This document shows positions 1 through 8,039 of a stretch of 35,653 bases of DNA, piece by piece. Position 1 is the first letter of the stretch; each line of letters opens with the position of its first letter. Below the pieces are notes generated by a model. It did not search any database, was not told the DNA's origin, and saw only the letters and a list, made by a program, of their open reading frames with translations. The stretch comes from Candidatus Eiseniibacteriota bacterium (lineage in GTDB: Bacteria; Joyebacterota; Joyebacteria; Joyebacterales; Joyebacteraceae), in assembly GCA_043819135.1 (NCBI GenBank), contig JBDRFG010000062.1:1-35653 (forward strand). Direction: 5' to 3'. The translations under genes and the position numbers were made by a program.

Positions 1-60
1 AGCCAACCCGCGGATATCAGCCTGAGTCACCGTCGAAGAAGCCCCTTCCTCCGAAACAGA

Positions 61-88
61 GGGGCCCCGTGCAGTCGCACGGGGCCCC
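61..88 (-). terminator. Intrinsic terminator-like hairpin downstream of the secreted protein gene
   Basis: Perfect 12-bp stem GGGGCCCCGTGC-N4-GCACGGGGCCCC, followed on the minus strand by TCTGTTT, about 30 nt after the stop at 120. Confidence 0.7.
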
Positions 89-119
89 AAAGATCCGGCT
101 TGACACCGGCTGTTCCATA

Positions 120-749
120 TCAGCGGTACAGCGCCTTCACCGTGCCCCACGTGGCGCCCTCGACCGGGTTCCACCAGTTGCAGTCGGGCATCGGTCCGAA
201 ATAGTCGCAGACCACGCACGTGCCGTCGTCGGCCTTGATCAAGATCGCATCGTAGTACATCGTAGGCCCGATCGGTACGCCAGGCGAGACGAACATCAGG
301 TGGGCCACGTCCGCGGGCAGCGGATCGCAGGGCTCTGTCAGCCCGTTGTTCCGCCACGTTAGGTGGCGTGACGGCATCCAGCAGTCCAGGTTCTCGAACG
401 CGAGCTCGCTCTCCCAGTGAAGCATGTCGCGAGCCAGGCCCTCCGTATCCACACAGCCCGAATCCGCGTCCGAGAAACCCCTCTGGGGCACGATGTAGTC
501 CGCCTGGTCGGGGTTGTTCGGGTCGAAGTGGAAGCAGTCGTCCAGATGCTCGAGCGAGAGGCTGAAGTGCTCGGGCACGGCTGCGTCCTTGAAGTCCCAC
601 GTGACGTAGATGTTGTACGTCCACGTGTTGCTGTCGTACGGCGCCACCTCGCCCGTCGCCGAGCACGCGACCGCTCCGAGCGCCGGGGCAACAGGCGCCG
701 CACTCAGAACCGCTGTCACAAGAACCGCGTACACGACTCTCCGAATCAT
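120..749 (-). CDS. Secreted Cys-rich hypothetical protein with C-terminal (T)WGxxKALYR tail
   Basis: Likely start MIRRVVYAVLV (ATG 749, GGGGGA upstream); signal-peptide-like N-terminus; ends PVEGATWGTVKALYR. Confidence 0.75.
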   Translation of the reverse strand: MIRRVVYAVLVTAVLSAAPVAPALGAVACSATGEVAPYDSNTWTYNIYVTWDFKDAAVPEHFSLSLEHLDDCFHFDPNNPDQADYIVPQRGFSDADSGCVDTEGLARDMLHWESELAFENLDCWMPSRHLTWRNNGLTEPCDPLPADVAHLMFVSPGVPIGPTMYYDAILIKADDGTCVVCDYFGPMPDCNWWNPVEGATWGTVKALYR

Positions 750-818
750 CGTCCAATCCCCCCAAGGGTTATGTCGCTCCAAAGGCGCGCTCGGGGAAAC
801 ACTTCCCCACATACTGCC

Positions 819-847
819 ATAGTAGCATTTATAGCACCGGAATACAA
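819..847 (-). promoter_or_regulatory. Putative sigma70 promoter for the 120..749 gene
   Basis: Minus strand TTGTAT-17 nt-TACTAT with TGn extended -10, in an AT-rich patch. Confidence 0.5.
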
Positions 848-956
848 ATAACGGTTCCTGACGCGCCTTTGACTGCGAGTGTGGCCCATCTGAACTTACT
901 GTGGGATGAGAAGTTGCGGCGATGCCCTGCGGTCATCTTCGGTTGAGGGCCTTGAG

Positions 957-1104
957 GCTGCGCACCGCGTCAACTCTTGCTGAAGGACCTCACGTTGCGC
1001 ACCGTATCAACCCTTGCTCAGGGACCTCAAGTTGCGCACCGCGTCAACTCTTGCTGAGGGACCTCACGTTGCGCACCGCATCAACCCTTGCTGAGGGACC
1101 TGAG
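957..1104. repeat. Tandem repeat, 4 x 37 bp, overlapping the polX stop codon
   Basis: Units at 957, 994, 1031 and 1068; consensus GTTGCGCACCGCGTCAACYCTTGCTGAGGGACCTCAC; no spacers. Confidence 0.9.
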
Positions 1105-2793
1105 GAGTGCCTTCGGAGTGAGCGTGTTGAGTACGTTCCCGCGGTCGAGCCAGCCCCGCCTGGCCGTCCTGACTCCCAGCTCCATCATCCACATCTGGTC
1201 GACATGGTGACAGTCCGTGCTGATGGCAACCCTGACCCCCATCTCAGCGGCGCGCCTGGCGTTGACGTCGTTGAGATCGAGCCGCTCGTGGTGGGAGTTG
1301 ATCTCAAGAGCGGTTCCCGAATCCGCCGCCGCGGACATGACCCTCTCCAGGTCAACGTCATACGCGGGCCTCGTGCCCAGGAGACGTCCCGTCGGGTGGC
1401 CGATTATGTCAACGTGCGGGTTCTCGATAGCGGAGATCATCCTGCCAGTGATCCGGTCGCTTGACTGCTGGAATCCACTGTGTATTGACGCAACGACAAT
1501 GTCCAGACTCTCAAGCACCTCGTCCGGGAAGTCGACGCGCCCGTCGGAGAGGATGTCAGCCTCGGTACCCGAGAACACGGCGATGCCATTGACCCGCTCG
1601 TTGACCTGTGCGATCTCCTCCGCCTGCTCCAGCAGCCGCTCAACGGTGAGACCGTGGGCCACTCCCAGCGAGTGGGAGTGATCGTTGATGGAGACGTACT
1701 TGTAGCCACGCGCCTTAGCCGCGCGCGCCACATCCTCGATGGTAGAATGGCCGTCGCTGTAGTTCGAGTGCACGTGCAGGTCGCCGCGGATGTCACTCAA
1801 CTCAACGAGTTCCGGCAGCGTGCCCTCGAGCGCCGCCTCGACCTCTCCCCTGTCCTCGCGGAGTTCGGGTTCGACGTACTCCATGCCGAGCTTCTTGTAG
1901 ATGCTCTCCTCGGTGCGAGCCGCTACACGGCGGTCGCCCTTGAAGAGGCCGTACTCACTGAGCTTGAGGCCCTTCGACTGGGCGAGCCCGCGGAGATGAA
2001 CGTTGTGCGCCTGAGAGCCTGTGAAGTACATGAGCGCGGCGCCGTAGACGGAGGGCGGCACGACGCGGAGGTCCATCTGAAGCCCGTCGGCCACACGGAC
2101 GCTCGCCTTCGTCGAACCGGCGGCGAGCACCTCCGTGACTCGAGGGAGGTTCGTGAACGCCTCGATGACGAGCCTGGGCTTCGAACTGAGCGCGAGTATG
2201 TCGATGTCGCCGATGGTCTCGCGCCAGCGCCTGATCGAGCCGGCGACCTCCACCTGGTCGATGCCGGTCGCCTCCTTGAGTTCGTCGACCGTAGCGAGCG
2301 CTGCCGGCAGGACGGTGCCGAGCGTCAGGCGGCCCGAGCGGGACTCGTAGACCCTGATGCCAGCCTCGATGTTCTCAACCTTCTTAGGCCCGATGCCGGG
2401 AAGTTCGAGTATCTTCTTGCCCCGGAGTATGCGCTTCAGGCTCTTGAGCGACTTGACGTCGAGCTCACGCCAGAGAAGTCCGATGGTCTTGGGACCCAGG
2501 CCGGGGATGGAGAGTAGCTCGACGAGTCCCCTGGGGATGCTCTTCCGCTCTCGCTCGTACTGGGAAATGGCGCCCGTCTCGAGATACTCGGCTATCGCGT
2601 CGGCCGTGCCCTTGCCCACGCCCTGGATGCCCAGGATCTCGCGGCTCTCCACGAGGCCGGCGACGTCAGAGGGCAGGTCCCCGAGAATGCGCGCGACCCT
2701 GCGGTAGGCGTTGACCCTGAAGACGCTCTCGTCCTTTATCTCGAGGACGTCGGCGAGCAACTCGAAGATCTCTGCTATCTCCCGGTTCTTCAT
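1081..2793 (-). CDS. polX: DNA polymerase/3'-5' exonuclease PolX (PolX core + PHP domain)
   Basis: MKNREIAEIF N-terminus, HhH motifs (GVGKG, GLGPK), GSIRR..GDIDIL catalytic DxD, YFTGS, PHP motifs DLHVHS, DHS, GHPTGR, STDCH. Confidence 0.95.
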   Translation of the reverse strand: MKNREIAEIFELLADVLEIKDESVFRVNAYRRVARILGDLPSDVAGLVESREILGIQGVGKGTADAIAEYLETGAISQYERERKSIPRGLVELLSIPGLGPKTIGLLWRELDVKSLKSLKRILRGKKILELPGIGPKKVENIEAGIRVYESRSGRLTLGTVLPAALATVDELKEATGIDQVEVAGSIRRWRETIGDIDILALSSKPRLVIEAFTNLPRVTEVLAAGSTKASVRVADGLQMDLRVVPPSVYGAALMYFTGSQAHNVHLRGLAQSKGLKLSEYGLFKGDRRVAARTEESIYKKLGMEYVEPELREDRGEVEAALEGTLPELVELSDIRGDLHVHSNYSDGHSTIEDVARAAKARGYKYVSINDHSHSLGVAHGLTVERLLEQAEEIAQVNERVNGIAVFSGTEADILSDGRVDFPDEVLESLDIVVASIHSGFQQSSDRITGRMISAIENPHVDIIGHPTGRLLGTRPAYDVDLERVMSAAADSGTALEINSHHERLDLNDVNARRAAEMGVRVAISTDCHHVDQMWMMELGVRTARRGWLDRGNVLNTLTPKALLRSLSKG

Positions 2794-2805
2794 CGGATCC
2801 TCTTG

Positions 2806-2850
2806 GGGGGAGCCGGGTCGGGCGCCTCAGGGGGAGCCGGGTCGGGCGCC
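2806..2850. repeat. Direct repeat, 2 x 21 bp (24-bp period), in the rtcB-polX spacer
   Basis: GGGGGAGCCGGGTCGGGCGCC at 2806-2826 and 2830-2850. Confidence 0.8.
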
Positions 2851-2873
2851 GTCCGGTGCCGGTGCGAGTTCGG

Positions 2874-4328
2874 TCATCCTTTGATGACGCCCAGGGGCTT
2901 GAGTCGCGCGACCTTTCGGGCGATGCCCGCGCGGTCCATGACGTCGACGACATCGGACACGTTCTTGTACGCCGACGGCATCTCCTCGGCGAGCGTCCCC
3001 TTCCCGGTCGCCATGACGAAGACGCCCATCTCGGTCAACTCGTCGACGAGCTTCCGGCCGGCCGCGGCCTTTCGAGCCTTCGAGCGCGACATCACTCGCC
3101 CGGCTCCGTGGCACGTGCTCCCGAACGTCTCAGTCATCGCGGCGTCGGTCCCGACGCAGACGTACGAATGAGTCCCCATGTCACCCGGCACGAGCACGGG
3201 TTGACCGACGGCCCGGTAGGCGCTCGGAACGTCGTCGTGTCCCGCCGGGAAAGCACGCGTGGCGCCCTTCCTGTGCACGCAGAGCGTCGTCGCCTCCCCA
3301 TCTACCTCGTGGCGTTCGAGCTTGGCGATGTTGTGGCAGACGTCGTAGACGAGCCGAAGCCCCAGGGACTGCTCTGTCCCACCGAGGACCTTCGCGACGG
3401 CACGCTTCGCAAGGGCGGTCATCACTTGTCTGTTGGCCCACGCGTAGTTAGCGGCGCAGGCCATCGCCGCCAGGTAGCGCTTGCCTTCCGGCGACTCGGC
3501 GGGCGCGCACGCGAGCTGGCGGTCGGGAAGCTGAATGCCGTACTTCCTGACGGCGCCCTGCATGACCTCGAGGTAGTCGTCGCAGACCTGATAGCCCAAC
3601 CCCCGGGACCCCGAATGGATCATCAGCGTGACGCCGTCGACTTTGAGGCCGAACGCCGCGGCCGCGCGCTCGTCGTAGACCTCTTCAACGACGCCGATCT
3701 CCATGAAGTGGTTCCCGGAACCCAGCGTTCCCACCTGATCGAGGCCGCGCTTGATCGCTCGCGGGCCGACGTGAGACGGGTCCGCCGACGCGAGGCGGCC
3801 GCCCTCTTCCGTGTGGTCGAGGTCGGCCTCAGATCCGTAGCCCCTGCGCACGGCCCACGCGGCGCCCTCGGTCATGACCTCCTCAAGCTCGCGCATCGAC
3901 AACTTGCCGATGGCCCCGCTCGAGCCGACCCCGCACGGAACGTCTTTGAAGAGCGCCCTCGTCAGATCGGCAACGCGGTCGCGGATGTCGTCGTGAGTGA
4001 GATTGCTGGTCACCAGTCGCACGCCGCAGTTGATGTCGTATCCGACTCCCCCGGGCGAGACCACGCCGCCCTCCGCCGGGTCCGTCGCCGCGACCCCGCC
4101 GATGGGGAAACCGTAGCCCCAGTGCATGTCCGGCATCGCGAGGGAGTATCCGACGATGCCTGCGAGATGCGCGACGTTGGCGACCTGGTCGAGGCTCTTC
4201 TCGCCTCGGATGTCCGGCATCAGTCGCTCGTCCGCGTACACGCGCCCCGGAACGCGCATGCCTCCGGTCCGCGGCAGCTCCCAGACGCACTCGCTGATCT
4301 GTCGGATGTCAGGTGTGTTCTCGGGCAT
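2874..4328 (-). CDS. rtcB: RNA-splicing/repair ligase RtcB (archaeal/eukaryote-like long form)
   Basis: Motifs MPDMHWGYGFPIGG, GYDINCGVR, GTLGSGNHF, HSGSRG, HRKGAT, PGDMG, STCHGAGR, EEMPSAYK. Confidence 0.97.
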   Translation of the reverse strand: MPENTPDIRQISECVWELPRTGGMRVPGRVYADERLMPDIRGEKSLDQVANVAHLAGIVGYSLAMPDMHWGYGFPIGGVAATDPAEGGVVSPGGVGYDINCGVRLVTSNLTHDDIRDRVADLTRALFKDVPCGVGSSGAIGKLSMRELEEVMTEGAAWAVRRGYGSEADLDHTEEGGRLASADPSHVGPRAIKRGLDQVGTLGSGNHFMEIGVVEEVYDERAAAAFGLKVDGVTLMIHSGSRGLGYQVCDDYLEVMQGAVRKYGIQLPDRQLACAPAESPEGKRYLAAMACAANYAWANRQVMTALAKRAVAKVLGGTEQSLGLRLVYDVCHNIAKLERHEVDGEATTLCVHRKGATRAFPAGHDDVPSAYRAVGQPVLVPGDMGTHSYVCVGTDAAMTETFGSTCHGAGRVMSRSKARKAAAGRKLVDELTEMGVFVMATGKGTLAEEMPSAYKNVSDVVDVMDRAGIARKVARLKPLGVIKG

Positions 4329-4350
4329 GGTGTCCTCGGACTATGTTGCT

Positions 4351-4466
4351 TGGTGGATGGGGGCACCCCCCGTGCTCAGTTGCCTGGTGGGTCCGGGCAC
4401 TCCCCGCGCGCAGTTGGACGCGGCGAAGCCGTATCGACTGTCTGAGCACGGGGGGTGCCCGGACCC
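4351..4466. repeat. REP-like composite repeat: two 34-bp-period direct copies plus one inverted copy
   Basis: GGGCACCCCCCGTGCTCAG (4361-4379) is the exact reverse complement of 4442-4460; a degenerate copy at 4389-4413 matches the reverse complement of 4442-4466 at 22/25. Confidence 0.75.
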
Positions 4467-4471
4467 GCCTA

Positions 4472-4903
4472 CTACGTATCGAAGATAACCCTCACAAACC
4501 AAGCACCTTCAATCTGCTCAACGGCAAGGGCATGGTACGTAACGGCCTTGAGCTCGGATTTGAGCGCGTGGCGTTCAGGGTTGTACTGCTCCCCCGCAAC
4601 ACTCGCTTCGACGACACCGCCCGCCAGCTCGCGCACGCGGAAGCTCGACAACAGCAACTTCTCCGACGCGAACAGAAACAGCAGTTCGGTCAGCCACCGC
4701 ACCATAAGGCCTTCGAGATCGCCCTCCCGCGAGGTCGCCCGGACCGTGCGCGAGACGTCGTCGCCCACGCTGTCGAGATCGCACATGAGGTCGAACATCG
4801 ATGCCGCGGCCAGCTCTAACACCGCCTTGAGGTCGGGCGCTTCGAGTTCGAGACCCACATCGGCCGTGTGCTCGATCTCCGTGTATGCGGGACGCTCCGC
4901 CAT
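4472..4903 (-). CDS. Archease (RtcB activating cofactor)
   Basis: EHTADVG N-terminal motif, KAVTYH motif, C-terminal IFD; directly upstream of rtcB. Confidence 0.93.
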   Translation of the reverse strand: MAERPAYTEIEHTADVGLELEAPDLKAVLELAAASMFDLMCDLDSVGDDVSRTVRATSREGDLEGLMVRWLTELLFLFASEKLLLSSFRVRELAGGVVEASVAGEQYNPERHALKSELKAVTYHALAVEQIEGAWFVRVIFDT

Positions 4904-4969
4904 CGAGTGCTCTCCACCGTTCGCTGCGACCGCCGCGCGCGGCCGCGCCTCAGCGGACGGGACGCCCGC

Positions 4970-6874
4970 CTAGCCGGCGCCGCCGCCGCCGCCGCCACCT
5001 CCGCCGCCGCCACCGCCGGTGCCGCCTCCGCCCGTGCCGCTCGCGGTGCTCATGGCGCTTCCCGCGACGGCGACCATGCTGGTCATGCCCGCGGCCAGAC
5101 CGGCGATGCTTCCGCCTATGCCTTCACTGGCTCTCGCTGCAGACCCCATGTACCACCCCGCGCCGAACGACCGTCCGGCGCTCGCCTCCATCTGCGGCAG
5201 GTGTGGCTCAAGCGCCTTCAGCACCTTGTCGGCGACGCCCAGTGCGACCGCGTAGACGAGGAAGTGCTCCCAGAGGGTCAGCGAGGCCGGCGGCGCCTCC
5301 TTGAGTTCCGAGAAGTGCAGGAGGAACTGTTTGAGCGCCTTCCACTGCCTGAACTCCAGTGCGGCCGCGGGTGAGCGTCGCTTGATCAGAGACGAGAGAA
5401 TCAGCACGGCCACGCCAGCGAGCGCACCTATGACCGCGAACGGCGACTGGAAGCGGGCCGCCAATGCAACACCGGCTGCCATCACCACGCCACCGACGAG
5501 AGAGCTGACGATCATCATGCTCGTGCCCGACTTCTCGAAGTCGCCCCGCTTCTTGGCCTCGTCCTTCACTCTCTGCTTCCAGGACGCGAACCAGCGGTGG
5601 AATTCCGTCGAGCGTTTCCGCGCTTCCTTCTTGAACTCGTGGAGAGAGATCGTGTTCGTTCCGACCGCGCAGTCCCGGGAGAAGATGAACCGCAGGAGGT
5701 CACGCTCGTAGGAAGTCAGCTCCTGGAGGTCCTTGTCGGACTTCATCTTGAGGACGTAGTCGTATTCGGGGGTCCCGCCGAGCTTCTCGAGGAGGCCGCG
5801 GTCCTCTTGCTTCACCTCCTCGATCGTCAGAAACCCGCGCCTGGCAAGGTCCATGATGGTCCCCACCATGTCGCCTGACCCGACCATCCCCGAGGTCATC
5901 AGATAGCCGACGAGCGCGGGCTGACGTTCGGAGGGAAGCTCGCGGAAGTAGTCGCCGTCGAAACGGACCTCGTGCTCCTTGCCGAAGCGCAGGAAGAGGG
6001 ACAGCCAGACGATGAGCGCGACCAGACCCAGTGCGATCGCAGCGATGGCCGCGGTCCGCGCACGCCCTGCGTGCCCCGCCAGGTACTCCTGCGCGGCGAT
6101 GCGCCGGTTGTTGGCGTCCTCAACCCACTGCGCTTCCTCAGCGAGGGCGCGGTCCCGGATGCTCCCGGACGCGCGGCTCGTGGCGCGGGGCACCAGCTCG
6201 GCCGGGAAGAGCACTCTGATCTCGACGAACTTCCCGGGCCGGAGATCGGTGACCTTGAACCTGACGGCGTCGTCCTCGATCCAGTACTCACTCGTCAGCT
6301 CTGTGTGGAGCCACGCGCGCACACGGTCCTTGTCCGCGCCGGGGGGCAGGTGGATCGTGCCCGTCACCTCTCTGGCCAGCACGTCCCAGTTCTCGCCGAT
6401 GAGCTTCCAGTAGAGCTGCGCGTTGTCGTCGTAGACGGTGACCGCGTCGTGTACGACGTAGGAGATGTCGAACGTGCGGGTCTCGTCGTCCGCGCGGTAG
6501 AACCATTTCCCGTAGACAGAGTTGCCGCTGTAGTTGTAGGAGACCCAGTACGAACCGGGGGTCTTCGTGTTGTCGGGGCCGGTATCGCCGAGCGTGTACG
6601 GGCTTCCCCCCTCGCCGATGACGAAGTCCGTGATGTCGACGCGGTTGCCGCCCGCTGTCCTGACCTTCTCTACCTGATAGAAGGCCCACGTGAAGTCGTC
6701 GTTGAAGCGGTATGTCCGGGCCTCGCGGAACTCGAAGCTGCCGTCGGGACGAACGGTCACGTCTACTTCGACCTTCGGAAAATAGTAGCTCTTCGCCGCG
6801 GCCGGGGTCGACACGCCGGTAAGGCATGCGACCGCGAGGACGACGGCAAGGAGAACTCCTGTGAATCTGCGCAT
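4970..6874 (-). CDS. DUF2207 family membrane protein
   Basis: Signal peptide, DGS..FRE, LYWKLIG, TIMDLARRGFL, WEHFLVYAVALGV, Gly-rich C-terminal tail typical of the family. Confidence 0.85.
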   Translation of the reverse strand: MRRFTGVLLAVVLAVACLTGVSTPAAAKSYYFPKVEVDVTVRPDGSFEFREARTYRFNDDFTWAFYQVEKVRTAGGNRVDITDFVIGEGGSPYTLGDTGPDNTKTPGSYWVSYNYSGNSVYGKWFYRADDETRTFDISYVVHDAVTVYDDNAQLYWKLIGENWDVLAREVTGTIHLPPGADKDRVRAWLHTELTSEYWIEDDAVRFKVTDLRPGKFVEIRVLFPAELVPRATSRASGSIRDRALAEEAQWVEDANNRRIAAQEYLAGHAGRARTAAIAAIALGLVALIVWLSLFLRFGKEHEVRFDGDYFRELPSERQPALVGYLMTSGMVGSGDMVGTIMDLARRGFLTIEEVKQEDRGLLEKLGGTPEYDYVLKMKSDKDLQELTSYERDLLRFIFSRDCAVGTNTISLHEFKKEARKRSTEFHRWFASWKQRVKDEAKKRGDFEKSGTSMMIVSSLVGGVVMAAGVALAARFQSPFAVIGALAGVAVLILSSLIKRRSPAAALEFRQWKALKQFLLHFSELKEAPPASLTLWEHFLVYAVALGVADKVLKALEPHLPQMEASAGRSFGAGWYMGSAARASEGIGGSIAGLAAGMTSMVAVAGSAMSTASGTGGGGTGGGGGGGGGGGGGAG

Positions 6875-7125
6875 ACAGTACCTCCGATCGTCTGGACGCG
6901 TGCGGCCGGGCGCGTCCGAGGGACCCGGGGGCCCGGCGCCGGCCCGGGGCCACGACGTGGCCCCCTCGCCTGCACATCTTCCGCCAGCCCCAAGTTACCA
7001 CGCCGCGACGCTGGTTCAAGGGACACTTTCGGCCATCGCTGAACGTCTCTGGCCGCGGATGAGCACCGCGAACCGTGCCCGTTTAGGTCTTGATTCGGGA
7101 AAAACGTTGCCGTAACCTGCTCCGC

Positions 7126-8016
7126 ATGTCAAATACGCGGAGCACGGTTGAGAAATTCGCAGGGGCGGCAAAGAAACGCGCGTGTAGGCTGGCGTGCAGG
7201 CTGGGAAGGAAGCCCATCCTCAAGCGGCCCATCTTCATCATCGGCTGCGGAAGGTCGGGGACGACCATCCTGGGCAACACGCTCGCCGTCCACGCCTCGG
7301 TAACCTACCTGAACGAGTACCGGCACCTCTGGGCCAACGCCTATCCCGCGAGCGACGTGTGGTCCAGCAGGGCGAGGGAACGAGGGGGACGGGTCGACCT
7401 CGCGGAATCCGTCTGCACTCCGGAGCGAAACAGGCGACTCAGGGCCAATTTCTACTGCGAGACCTTCGTGACCGGCAGGCCGCGGCTGGTCGAGAAGTTT
7501 CCCGTCAATAACTTCCGGCTGCCCTTTGTCGACGCGATCTTCCCCGACGCGCTCTTCGTGCATCTTCTCAGGAGCGGCCTCGAGGTCGCCAGGTCGATCG
7601 AGAAGATGGGGCAGGAAGGCCTCTGGTACGGACACGACGACTACAAGTGGAAGGCGCTCGAAGCCTACGCGGGGCGGAGCGAGCGCTACCGTGATCTCCC
7701 GGCTCTGTGCGACACAGCGCGCCTGCGTGGCCTTCTGGAATGGAGGATGTCCGTCGAGACAGCGGTCGAGTTCTTCGACGTACTACCCGCGGAGCGCCAC
7801 GTCAGCCTCACGTACGAGGAACTCCTCGACAGGCCGGTCGAAGTCATCCGGCGAATCGAGGAGTTCGCGGGTCTTGCGCCCAGCAAGACCGTTCACACCT
7901 TCGCGGAGGCCAACCTGCTGAGGCGGTCTCCGAGGATCGACGTCACCCACCTGTCCGACGTCGAGGAGCGTCTCGCAGGCGAACTGATGAGACGCCTGGG
8001 GTATCTGCCCGCGTAG
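7126..8016 (+). CDS. Sulfotransferase family protein
   Basis: PIFIIGCGRSGTT (5'-PSB loop), VEKFP, FPDALFVHLLR, LTYEEL; start set at ATG 7126 (ORF open from 7090). Confidence 0.88.
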   Translation: MSNTRSTVEKFAGAAKKRACRLACRLGRKPILKRPIFIIGCGRSGTTILGNTLAVHASVTYLNEYRHLWANAYPASDVWSSRARERGGRVDLAESVCTPERNRRLRANFYCETFVTGRPRLVEKFPVNNFRLPFVDAIFPDALFVHLLRSGLEVARSIEKMGQEGLWYGHDDYKWKALEAYAGRSERYRDLPALCDTARLRGLLEWRMSVETAVEFFDVLPAERHVSLTYEELLDRPVEVIRRIEEFAGLAPSKTVHTFAEANLLRRSPRIDVTHLSDVEERLAGELMRRLGYLPA

Positions 8017-8039
8017 CCGGAGCGGCGCTCGCCACCCCC

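Noticed and set aside
1..52. Possible start of a minus-strand gene (GTG at about 30) running off the window
   Set aside because: Only about 10 codons are visible and RBS spacing is poor; cannot be supported
957..1104. 37-bp repeats as a CRISPR array
   Set aside because: Units are directly adjacent with no unique spacers, they copy the polX 3' end, and no cas genes are present
2856..4445. Long plus-strand ORFs antisense to real genes (also 8079..9329, 12181..13839, 16603..18507, 22337..23590, 27240..29174, and minus-strand 32337..33575)
   Set aside because: Shadow ORFs expected from high-GC codon bias; the opposite strand carries recognisable protein families
4970..5035. GCC-rich simple repeat
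   Set aside because: Encodes the normal poly-Gly C-terminus of DUF2207 proteins
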